Virus record (IMG/VR): IMGVR_UViG_3300032312_001225
Coordinates: 1,187-65,186 of that record
Length of the DNA stretch: 64,000 bases
Direction: 5' to 3' (one strand)
Source of the DNA: a virus
Taxonomy: Duplodnaviria; Caudoviricetes
The position numbers were made by a program, and so were the translations under genes. Positions 26,935 to 34,144 of the stretch are shown here, in pieces. Below the pieces are notes generated by a model. The model was not told the DNA's origin. It ran no database searches and worked only from the letters and a program-made list of their open reading frames with translations. The number at the start of each line of letters is the position of its first letter. Position 1 is the stretch's first letter.

Positions 26935-27438
26935 TTAATATTTCTCAATGTTGATAGATTTTAAAAATGCAAGTACGTCAGCATAAGAATGACCGTCTAA
27001 GATTGAAACAGAAAGTATTATACGTTCTTCCGAGTGATTATTAATTACACAATGTTCTTGAGTGGTGTCTAATAGGGTTGGGCAAGACGCATGGTATACT
27101 ACTTCTTCTAAATCCCATAAAAATTTATCATGGTTGTTGCTACGATAAAAAGTTTTTGCACCAGGATTGGTCTTAATTATCCAATTCAATGAGCAGTTTC
27201 TTATTTTATCTGTATGCCAATCGTAAAAACTATTAGGCGAATTTTTAAGATATTTAGCACCAATGGTACCAAATTGATGTTTGAGTAATTTAGAAAATTC
27301 AGTTTCATGAAAAAGTGCAGCTCGTTTAGCATGAGCATACGGGCTTTCTGTGTATTCAAATCCGTTGGCCAATCCATCTGCGATAATTTCTGTTGGTAAA
27401 GTTGGTAAATTTATTAATTGATAAAACTTATTTGACAT
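26935..27438 (-). CDS. putative 2OG-Fe(II) dioxygenase/cupin-fold protein
   Basis: YDWHTD...EHCVIN..ERIILSVS; likely start 27438 (ORF track 27462). Confidence 0.5.
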   Translation of the reverse strand: MSNKFYQLINLPTLPTEIIADGLANGFEYTESPYAHAKRAALFHETEFSKLLKHQFGTIGAKYLKNSPNSFYDWHTDKIRNCSLNWIIKTNPGAKTFYRSNNHDKFLWDLEEVVYHASCPTLLDTTQEHCVINNHSEERIILSVSILDGHSYADVLAFLKSINIEKY

Positions 27439-27463
27439 AACAGTACTTATTGAAATTTGCAAG

Positions 27464-27492
27464 TTGACAATAAAAAATGTTTAATGTATAAT
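27464..27492 (+). promoter_or_regulatory. sigma70-like promoter for the tRNA array
   Basis: TTGACA-17-TATAAT. Confidence 0.8.
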
Positions 27493-27507
27493 AGCAGTAT
27501 AGTAAAT

Positions 27508-27584
27508 GGTCTGGTAGTTCAATTGGTTAGAGTACCTGCCTGTCACGCAGGACGTTGCGGGTTCGAGTCCCGTCCAGACCGCCA
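27508..27584 (+). tRNA. tRNA-Asp (GUC)
   Basis: CCTGC-CTGTCAC-GCAGG, G73, CCA. Confidence 0.93.
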
Positions 27585-27590
27585 AATTAG

Positions 27591-27666
27591 GCTCCCGTCG
27601 TCTAGAGGCCTAGGACATCGCCCTTTCACGGCGAGTACACCGGTTCGAATCCGGTCGGGAGCGCCA
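27591..27666 (+). tRNA. tRNA-Glu (UUC)
   Basis: TCGCC-CTTTCAC-GGCGA, G73, CCA. Confidence 0.93.
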
Positions 27667-27673
27667 AGATTAT

Positions 27674-27747
27674 GGGTTGCTAGTTTAGTGGCAGAACAGC
27701 GGTCTCCAAAACCGCGGGTAGAGGTTCGATTCCTTTGCGACCCGCCA
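27674..27747 (+). tRNA. tRNA-Trp (CCA)
   Basis: GCGGT-CTCCAAA-ACCGC, G73, CCA. Confidence 0.92.
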
Positions 27748-27762
27748 AGCAGTAAATCCTCA

Positions 27763-27836
27763 GCGGGATTAGTTAAATGGTATAACAGCAGATTTCCAAT
27801 CTTCGGTCAAGGGTTCGATTCCCTTATCCCGCTCCA
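27763..27836 (+). tRNA. tRNA-Gly (UCC)
   Basis: GCGGGAT/ATCCCGC acceptor, loop TTTCCAA, U73, CCA. Confidence 0.9.
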
Positions 27837-27842
27837 AACAAC

Positions 27843-27920
27843 GCAACGGTGGCAGAGAGGCCCAATGCAAGGGATTGCAAATCCCTAAAACCGTCAGTTC
27901 GAATCTGACCCGTTGTTCCA
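27843..27920 (+). tRNA. tRNA-Cys (GCA)
   Basis: AGGGA-TTGCAAA-TCCCT, U73, CCA. Confidence 0.9.
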
Positions 27921-27947
27921 TAAATCCATTTAATGTATAATATAGAT

Positions 27948-28253
27948 ATGCAAAAATTAATACGTGATGACAAAGTAGCCGTACTAGTAAGCCCTGGTTA
28001 TGGTGCGGGCTGGTATAGTTGGCATTTTATTGAAGAACTTATATATGACCCTAGTGTAGTAGAATGGGTAGAGAAGCAAGAGTTAGATAAGATTCAAGCC
28101 TACATGGAATTAAAATATCCCGACGCATATTGTGGAGGATTGGAAGATTTAGAAGTAAACTGGGTACCAGTGGGCACAAAGTTTCGTATAGATGAATACG
28201 ATGGAGCAGAGAGCCTGGTACTTGAATCGGAAGAACGCTGGATGACAGCATAA
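27948..28253 (+). CDS. hypothetical phage protein
   Basis: VAVLVSPGYGAGWYSW...FRIDEYDGAES; start placed after TATAAT at 27936-27941. Confidence 0.6.
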   Translation: MQKLIRDDKVAVLVSPGYGAGWYSWHFIEELIYDPSVVEWVEKQELDKIQAYMELKYPDAYCGGLEDLEVNWVPVGTKFRIDEYDGAESLVLESEERWMTA

Positions 28254-28274
28254 CATAAAAGAAAGGAGGCGAAT

Positions 28275-28871
28275 ATGCCAGCAGTATTTTTAGTAAGCGA
28301 CACTCACTTTGGACACGCAGGTGTATGTCGCTTCACACGTAACGATGGTTGCACACCGCTTCGTCCTTGGGATGATCCTGCGGAGATGGATGAAGCTATG
28401 GTTGCGGCCTGGAATGATCGTGTTCGTCCCAATGACAAAGTTTATCACCTGGGCGATGTTGTTATCAACCGCAGAGCCCTGAGTACTCTTGCTAGGCTCA
28501 ATGGCGACAAAGTTCTTATCCGCGGTAACCACGACATTTTCCGTGATGATGAATATCGCAAGTACTTCCGTGAACTTCGTGCATACCACGTTATGAACGG
28601 AATGATCTTAAGCCATATTCCTATTCACACAGAAAGTCTGGGTCGCTTTGGTGTAAACATTCACGGACACTTGCATGCCAATCGTGTCATGTTGCCAGGA
28701 TTCAATGGCAAGACCACTGACATTGTTGACACAAGATATCATTGTGTATGTGTAGAACAAACTCCTGATTTTGCTCCTATTTTGTTTGAAGATGTTATCA
28801 AGCGAATCGAAGCAGAAGGTGGTGTAGTAGGTTTCCAAAACGGTAACGGTACCACGCAAGTGGCTATGTAA
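28275..28871 (+). CDS. calcineurin-like metallophosphoesterase
   Basis: SDTHFGH, LGDV, RGNHD, HGHLH; AAAGGAGG RBS. Confidence 0.9.
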   Translation: MPAVFLVSDTHFGHAGVCRFTRNDGCTPLRPWDDPAEMDEAMVAAWNDRVRPNDKVYHLGDVVINRRALSTLARLNGDKVLIRGNHDIFRDDEYRKYFRELRAYHVMNGMILSHIPIHTESLGRFGVNIHGHLHANRVMLPGFNGKTTDIVDTRYHCVCVEQTPDFAPILFEDVIKRIEAEGGVVGFQNGNGTTQVAM

Positions 28872-28876
28872 GGTCA

Positions 28877-28953
28877 ACCCCGGTGGCGCAACAGGTAGAC
28901 GCACTCTCCTCAGAAGGGAGCTGTTGAAGGTTCGAGTCCTTCCCGGGGCACCA
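28877..28953 (+). tRNA. tRNA-Leu (CAG) with a short variable loop
   Basis: Leu-type D-arm GCG-CAACAGGTAGA-CGC, CTCTC-CTCAGAA-GGGAG, only 5 nt (CTGTT) before the T-arm, A1:C72 mismatch, A73, CCA; 77 nt. Confidence 0.8.
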
Positions 28954-30249
28954 CTAATACAAAACTATTTTTCCATTGATTACGTGTCTATGTTCTCGGC
29001 CGGATTCTACCTTATGGTCTCGTAACATGGCACCGGTGCTGAGTGGTATTGCAGGTGTTTGTATAGAACTTTCACCAAAATAATACAACGGAGTTTCGTA
29101 CATGGTAATATCACGAGCTTGACCTTGTACTAATCCTACAAAGCCGGGATCAAGATTGTTTATTAGATAGTCAATACCCGATTGCCATACTTGATAAGGT
29201 CGGGTACCTTGGAAGTTATGATGAAACCAATGGTCCATTTCGTTCCAGATATTATTAGTAGGTTTAAATGTTTGAAATGTACTCAAGTCGTAGTCGGTGT
29301 AAATCAAGGCCTTGACCACTTGTTCGTAGATGGTTCTATTGCTAAAGTTAGCATTGGGCCAATGTAATACACTTTGCATGTTGGCATGTTCGGGCTGTTC
29401 AAACCAGTTCTTGATTGTATGAGCTTGTTTGGCCAACAAACGACAAGCATCCGGACTCCAGTAAAAGAATTCGTTGGTGATGTTTGTATATTCGCCAATT
29501 GCTTGGTCGCTGTGACTGGCCTGCCCGTCGTTAAAATACAAAAACCATTTGTTATCTTTGACACAGACTTTGGGCTTGTCAACTCCCCACAGCACACAAA
29601 TACGCAAATTGCGTTCGGCCAACTGTTTATGGTCTTGGTGTCCAAGTATTTGATACTTGTTAACATGTCCGGGTTGTAAATAATGCCTGGTACGAAAAAT
29701 CCAACTCTCATCTTTTTCTTCAGCTTCATCAACAAGATTTTCTGTGTAGTCATGCACAGTAATTTTGACAGCTGGATAATTGGTAGCAATCCAATCTAAC
29801 AGGGGTTTGGCTGCAAATTCCCATTCACTTAATGTATTTTCGCTTCGTAAATCTCTAGCATTACCCACTACATCTTTATCGCCACCTTTGGGATAACGAA
29901 ATACCACTTCGTCAAGTGCTATGTTGTTAAGCAAAAAACTAAAAATGACGGTGGTACTGTCACTGCCACCACTGGCCTCAACTCTGATATAATCGTATCG
30001 ATCTCTAAGTTGCTGTGCTCGTTGTCGATACAATTCTTTCAATGACTCTTCTGGTTCGGTGCTCCATGTAAATGACACAAAAGCATCTTCGTTAAAAAAC
30101 CAACGAACCTGCTGATTGGTTTTACTAGCATCTATTAGTGCATGATATTTGTTATAGTAGATTTGATTATTAACCAAATAGTAGCCCAGTTTTTTATTGG
30201 GCTCAAAGTTAACACCGGCAATGGAGGTATGTTCTATTTTGTTTTGCAT
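28954..30249 (-). CDS. PP-loop protein of unknown function (paralogue of 21566-22756)
   Basis: VEASGGSDS; shared ENTLSEW..AAKP, WGVDKPKVC, FQTxKPTN..xNEMDxWF; start 30249 behind minus-strand ATAAATA at 30260-30266. Confidence 0.65.
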   Translation of the reverse strand: MQNKIEHTSIAGVNFEPNKKLGYYLVNNQIYYNKYHALIDASKTNQQVRWFFNEDAFVSFTWSTEPEESLKELYRQRAQQLRDRYDYIRVEASGGSDSTTVIFSFLLNNIALDEVVFRYPKGGDKDVVGNARDLRSENTLSEWEFAAKPLLDWIATNYPAVKITVHDYTENLVDEAEEKDESWIFRTRHYLQPGHVNKYQILGHQDHKQLAERNLRICVLWGVDKPKVCVKDNKWFLYFNDGQASHSDQAIGEYTNITNEFFYWSPDACRLLAKQAHTIKNWFEQPEHANMQSVLHWPNANFSNRTIYEQVVKALIYTDYDLSTFQTFKPTNNIWNEMDHWFHHNFQGTRPYQVWQSGIDYLINNLDPGFVGLVQGQARDITMYETPLYYFGESSIQTPAIPLSTGAMLRDHKVESGREHRHVINGKIVLY

Positions 30250-30302
30250 GGGAATTACATATTTATTGCCCATAGGTATTAACAAAGTAAATACTATACC
30301 AT

Positions 30303-31382
30303 ATGTTATACCTAATATTACATCCACTCAAAAGACCCGCAGAAAAACAAGCAGAACTACTAACTGCTACTCTAGATATGCATGGTATAGAATATATCAA
30401 GTGCAACATTACAGCAGTACCCGATGGCGCTACCATTATTACCGACTGTTTTGTTATGGAAACTCCGTGCGGCGATCCAGGGCACGATATTGCCCTGGCC
30501 ATAATTGATCGCGCCGCCGGACACAATAACAAGATTGTATTTTATTATCCAAGTGAAAGCTACGCAACCTTATCAGCAAGTTTTTGCCCAACCGCAGAGC
30601 AACTGCAAGCAAAAAACATTGATGGATACTTAATCAAGTGCGGCAATTGGGACATACCCGGTTATGTAAAGAACTATAACATGCCCGAGTTCTTTGCGTG
30701 GATTATCAACAATGAGTTTAATCGTGCTAGATTAGAATACACATGCAATCAAATTGATACAGCCGTAAAGACACATAAGTTTTTGTTCTTAAATGGGGAA
30801 TGGCGCACCAACAGAGAACGATTCTTTGAGCTATTTAAAGATGCTGGGCTACTTGATGCCAGTATATGGAGTCATAGATCGGGCAAAAGTGCAGAGGGGT
30901 TTGGTCCAGATTCTGATTGGCCAGATCCATTCGTACATCCTGATTTCCGTTTCTATGCCTACTACCCCAGTCACTACTACCAAACTCACATAAGCATAGC
31001 AAGTGAAACCACACAGAACGAATGGTTCCCAACTGAAAAGACCTACAAGAGCCTGATGCTGGGACACCCATTTGTGGTCTACGGTGGACAGCACAGTTTG
31101 GCCAAGATCCAAGAGTTGGGATTTGAAACCTTTGGATCTTGTATTGATGAAAGTTATGATAGTGTACCATATCCGCAAGAACGTGCGGATCATCTGGTAC
31201 AAAGTCTGCGTACAGCCGGCGTGCCTGAACCTAGCCGCCATAATCGGTTGCACTTCCAAAAAGTGGCTAATTCAGCATACAGTAATTTAATAAAGATCTT
31301 GCAAGATATAGATAATAATGTTATAATAAAAGAGAACTTTGCAGTAGACAACACCATTTTAACCAAATATTTTTTAAACTAA
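30303..31382 (+). CDS. putative glycosyltransferase (GT10-like motif)
   Basis: KFLFLNGEWRTNR; IASETT...PTEKTYKSLMLGHPFVVYG...GFETFGSCIDESYD. Confidence 0.5.
   Translation: MLYLILHPLKRPAEKQAELLTATLDMHGIEYIKCNITAVPDGATIITDCFVMETPCGDPGHDIALAIIDRAAGHNNKIVFYYPSESYATLSASFCPTAEQLQAKNIDGYLIKCGNWDIPGYVKNYNMPEFFAWIINNEFNRARLEYTCNQIDTAVKTHKFLFLNGEWRTNRERFFELFKDAGLLDASIWSHRSGKSAEGFGPDSDWPDPFVHPDFRFYAYYPSHYYQTHISIASETTQNEWFPTEKTYKSLMLGHPFVVYGGQHSLAKIQELGFETFGSCIDESYDSVPYPQERADHLVQSLRTAGVPEPSRHNRLHFQKVANSAYSNLIKILQDIDNNVIIKENFAVDNTILTKYFLN
31299..31327 (+). promoter_or_regulatory. sigma70-like promoter upstream of rpoZ
   Basis: TTGCAA-17-TATAAT inside the 3' end of the upstream gene. Confidence 0.5.
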
Positions 31383-31389
31383 GGCAACC

Positions 31390-31608
31390 ATGATAAAAGA
31401 AACTCGTGCATCAGAAGTAGACGTTGAGAAGTGTATTGCAAAAACAGGTTTTGGTCGGTTTGATCTAGTGGTTGCAGCCGCCCAGCGTGTGCGTGAACTT
31501 AAAATACGTGCTAGAGAATCTGGACAACATATATCGGCAGTAGACGCATTGCTAGAAGCACAAAACGGTCAGCTGAATGTGGTTGATTATATGGCCAAGG
31601 TAAAATGA
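31390..31608 (+). CDS. rpoZ: RNA polymerase omega subunit-like protein
   Basis: 72 aa: DVEKCIAKTGFGRFDLVVAAAQRVREL...SAVDALLEAQNG matches the omega pattern (RF.LV..AA.RAR.L...AL.EI..G). Confidence 0.75.
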   Translation: MIKETRASEVDVEKCIAKTGFGRFDLVVAAAQRVRELKIRARESGQHISAVDALLEAQNGQLNVVDYMAKVK

Positions 31609-32081
31609 AATCCAAGTTGGTCAAAGCATATATGAAGACTGCAGAAACATTCGCAGAGCTCAGTCATGCTAGGCGCTTGCATGTAGGTGCTATTGTGGTC
31701 AAGGATGATAGAATTATCAGTATTGGCTACAATGGCATGCCGGCAGGGTGGAATAACAACTGCGAAGATAAGATATACTCCAATGATTACACAGACAACA
31801 TTGGTTACTGGGAATATCAAGAGGAAGACGGCACCGCATACAACTTAAAAACTAAACCAGAGGTATTACATGCTGAAACAAATGCTATTGCAAAACTGGC
31901 GAGAAGCAGTGACAGTGGCTTGGGTGCTGATTTGTTTGTCACTCATAGTCCTTGCTTGGACTGCGCCAAACTCATTTATCAGTCAGGTATTAGTCGTGTT
32001 TGGTATGGTGTTGAATATCGTAGTAGCGACGGACCTGATTTTCTTAGACGATCAGGTGTAGAAGTAAATCGAGTAGACTAG
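31605..32081 (+). CDS. dCMP deaminase
   Basis: VGAIVVKDDRIISIGYNG, HAETNAI, SPCLDCAK. Confidence 0.9.
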   Translation: MKSKLVKAYMKTAETFAELSHARRLHVGAIVVKDDRIISIGYNGMPAGWNNNCEDKIYSNDYTDNIGYWEYQEEDGTAYNLKTKPEVLHAETNAIAKLARSSDSGLGADLFVTHSPCLDCAKLIYQSGISRVWYGVEYRSSDGPDFLRRSGVEVNRVD

Positions 32082-32087
32082 TAATAC

Positions 32088-32177
32088 GGAGAGCTGGCCG
32101 AGCGGCTGAAGGCACCGGTCTACTAAACCGGCATAGTGGCAACATTATCTAGGGTTCGAATCCCTAGCTCTCCGCCA
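32088..32177 (+). tRNA. tRNA-Ser with ACU anticodon
   Basis: GGAGAGC/GCTCTCC, CCGGT-CTACTAA-ACCGG, long variable arm ATAGTG-GCAA-CATTAT, G73, CCA. Confidence 0.85.
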
Positions 32178-32182
32178 AATAT

Positions 32183-33478
32183 ATGTTAAAAAACACATTC
32201 TGTTCAAGCCCGTGGTTTCATATTAGATTAACTTACGATGGTAGTTATGATGTGTGTCGCTGGAGTAAAAACGGAGTCACTGATTTTAACATACGTACAA
32301 CATCATTGATGCAGTTTTACAACAGTGAACCTATGCGAGACTTGCGAGAACAACTGTTGGCAGGCAACAGGCCACAGGCTTGTGAGCCCTGTTATTATCA
32401 AGACAGTTTTGGTAAACTATCAGGACGTGTTAGACAACTTAACAAAAGTGCTATCACAATGCAGGAGTTTCCGTTAACTTTTCGCTCAAGCCCTCACTTG
32501 CCTGTGTTTGAATACAGCAACGATAACAAGGGTGCATCGAGTCATTTTCCTACAGACTTACAAATAGACCTAGGCAACACTTGTAATAGTGCTTGCATCA
32601 TGTGTGACCCTACTGCAAGCAGTCGACTGGTAGCAGACTATAAAAAACTAAACAAGTTAGATAACAAGTTATTTGCAGAACCTCAATTGTATCGATCTTG
32701 GACAGAAGATCAGCAGGTAGTTGATCGTTTTGTTGCAGAGCTGCAATCATTCCCATACATACGTTACATACACTTCTTGGGAGGTGAAACCTTATACAAT
32801 CAAGCCTTTTACGACATCTGCGAGAACTTAGATGGTCAAGACCTTATAGTTGGTACAACTACCAACGGCACCATATACGACGAACGCATTGAACAGTTGA
32901 TACCTAGATTCAAAGAGTTTCACTTGGGTATCAGCATAGAGTCAGTTACTGGTTTAAATGACTATGTACGTTACCCAGGCCCTACCGATCAGATTTTGAC
33001 AAACATTCTCAAATTTGTTTCCTTGCGTGATCGTAATCCCAGCCTCAAACTAGAACTCAGAATAACTCCTAACTTGTTTACTATCAGTGAATTGGATCAA
33101 GTGTTTGAGTTCATGATCCGGCATGACATCATTGCAGAGAGTTGTAACATCTTACACCAACCCAGAAGCCTACGCATGGAGCTCATGCCAGAAGATATTA
33201 GACAAGAGACTATTAGCAAGTTACAGGCCGTAGTTGATCGCTTGGGCAAGTACACTCCGCAAGTTAATACTCGTAGATCAGATTTAAGTCAGCAGATCAT
33301 TGCACAATTAGCAAATGAGTATTTGGAGTTTGTTAAAACATATACTCGACCTGCTGACGCTGAAGAATCACTAACAGAATTAGTCACGTTTTTAAAAAGT
33401 TTTGAATCAATCAGGAATAACACAATACTAGATTATGCACCAAGATATACAGACTTTCTCAGACATATTGGATATTGA
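32183..33478 (+). CDS. radical SAM protein
   Basis: FCSSPW...VCRW...CEPC; CNSACIMC; FLGGE. Confidence 0.88.
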   Translation: MLKNTFCSSPWFHIRLTYDGSYDVCRWSKNGVTDFNIRTTSLMQFYNSEPMRDLREQLLAGNRPQACEPCYYQDSFGKLSGRVRQLNKSAITMQEFPLTFRSSPHLPVFEYSNDNKGASSHFPTDLQIDLGNTCNSACIMCDPTASSRLVADYKKLNKLDNKLFAEPQLYRSWTEDQQVVDRFVAELQSFPYIRYIHFLGGETLYNQAFYDICENLDGQDLIVGTTTNGTIYDERIEQLIPRFKEFHLGISIESVTGLNDYVRYPGPTDQILTNILKFVSLRDRNPSLKLELRITPNLFTISELDQVFEFMIRHDIIAESCNILHQPRSLRMELMPEDIRQETISKLQAVVDRLGKYTPQVNTRRSDLSQQIIAQLANEYLEFVKTYTRPADAEESLTELVTFLKSFESIRNNTILDYAPRYTDFLRHIGY

Positions 33479-33818
33479 CACTTGTGATCAATTGCAAGTG
33501 CAATTGGTTGTTGAGCCTCACGGCTCCGTACATTATCGTATGCGTCTTAACGGGCATTTGATATCTGATCTAGACACAACATATAACTTGAGTCTTTTCA
33601 GCGTGGTCAAACTGCGTTGCGAGATTTTTGATACTGCCCAGGGTGCTGTAGAAATCAAACTGTTGAGCATAAATGGGCAAGAAATATTACCACGATATCA
33701 GCATTTGGCCACGCCACCGACAGCATGGATTGATCAAACTGGCACATGGGAATTTGATATCTGTGGCCCATTTTATCCGTGGTTTCATAGGATTTCTGGG
33801 CAGGGTTGGGTTGCGTAA
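33435..33818 (+). CDS. hypothetical protein
   Basis: 127-aa ORF overlapping the end of the radical SAM gene. Confidence 0.5.
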   Translation: MHQDIQTFSDILDIDTCDQLQVQLVVEPHGSVHYRMRLNGHLISDLDTTYNLSLFSVVKLRCEIFDTAQGAVEIKLLSINGQEILPRYQHLATPPTAWIDQTGTWEFDICGPFYPWFHRISGQGWVA

Positions 33819-33839
33819 CATAGATTTATAGTGTATACT
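33811..33839 (+). promoter_or_regulatory. sigma70-like promoter for the putative ncRNA
   Basis: TTGCGT-17-TATACT. Confidence 0.6.
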
Positions 33840-33841
33840 AG

Positions 33842-34112
33842 TATACGAGTTAACAAGTTTGGGCACATGGTGTGGCGACCATCTGATACTTGTGGTAGTC
33901 CTGTTGTAGTAGGCAGTATTGGCCCCGTGGCATGGAAATGTTAAATCGGGTACTCCCGAGGGTACAAGCAATTTTAAAACAGCAACAGTGATCAAGATTC
34001 CATGAAAAAGCCTGGGAAGGCGAGCCTTTTAGTGCGGGATAGCGACCCGTAGGCATTGTGGTCCACAGTCGAAAAGCAGATTTTAGTGTGCCTAAACTTG
34101 TTGTCTTGTATA
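33842..34112 (+). ncRNA. unidentified ~265-nt structured RNA
   Basis: Ends pair: TATACGAG..AACAAGTTTGGGCAC with GTGCCTAAACTTGTT..CTTGTATA; several internal helices; fills the whole intergenic gap. Confidence 0.65.
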
Positions 34113-34116
34113 AATA
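34109..34116 (+). promoter_or_regulatory. T4 late promoter consensus TATAAATA
   Basis: Exact consensus upstream of the DctP paralogue; GGAG RBS follows. Confidence 0.65.
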
Positions 34117-34144
34117 CTCTATATAGTCCATATCGGAGATCCCC

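Noticed and set aside
27457-27888. 143-aa plus-strand ORF
   Set aside because: Runs through four or five tRNA genes; a shadow ORF.
31605-32081. Deaminase acting as a TadA for the adjacent tRNA-Ser(ACU)
   Set aside because: Motifs (IISIGYNG, HAETNAI, PCLDC) fit dCMP deaminase, a standard phage nucleotide gene; adjacency alone is not evidence.
33842-34112. tmRNA, cobalamin riboswitch or SRP RNA identity for the ncRNA
   Set aside because: No tRNA-like ends/CCA or tag frame. A GGGAAG is present but the other B12-element motifs are missing. No SRP helix-8 motif.
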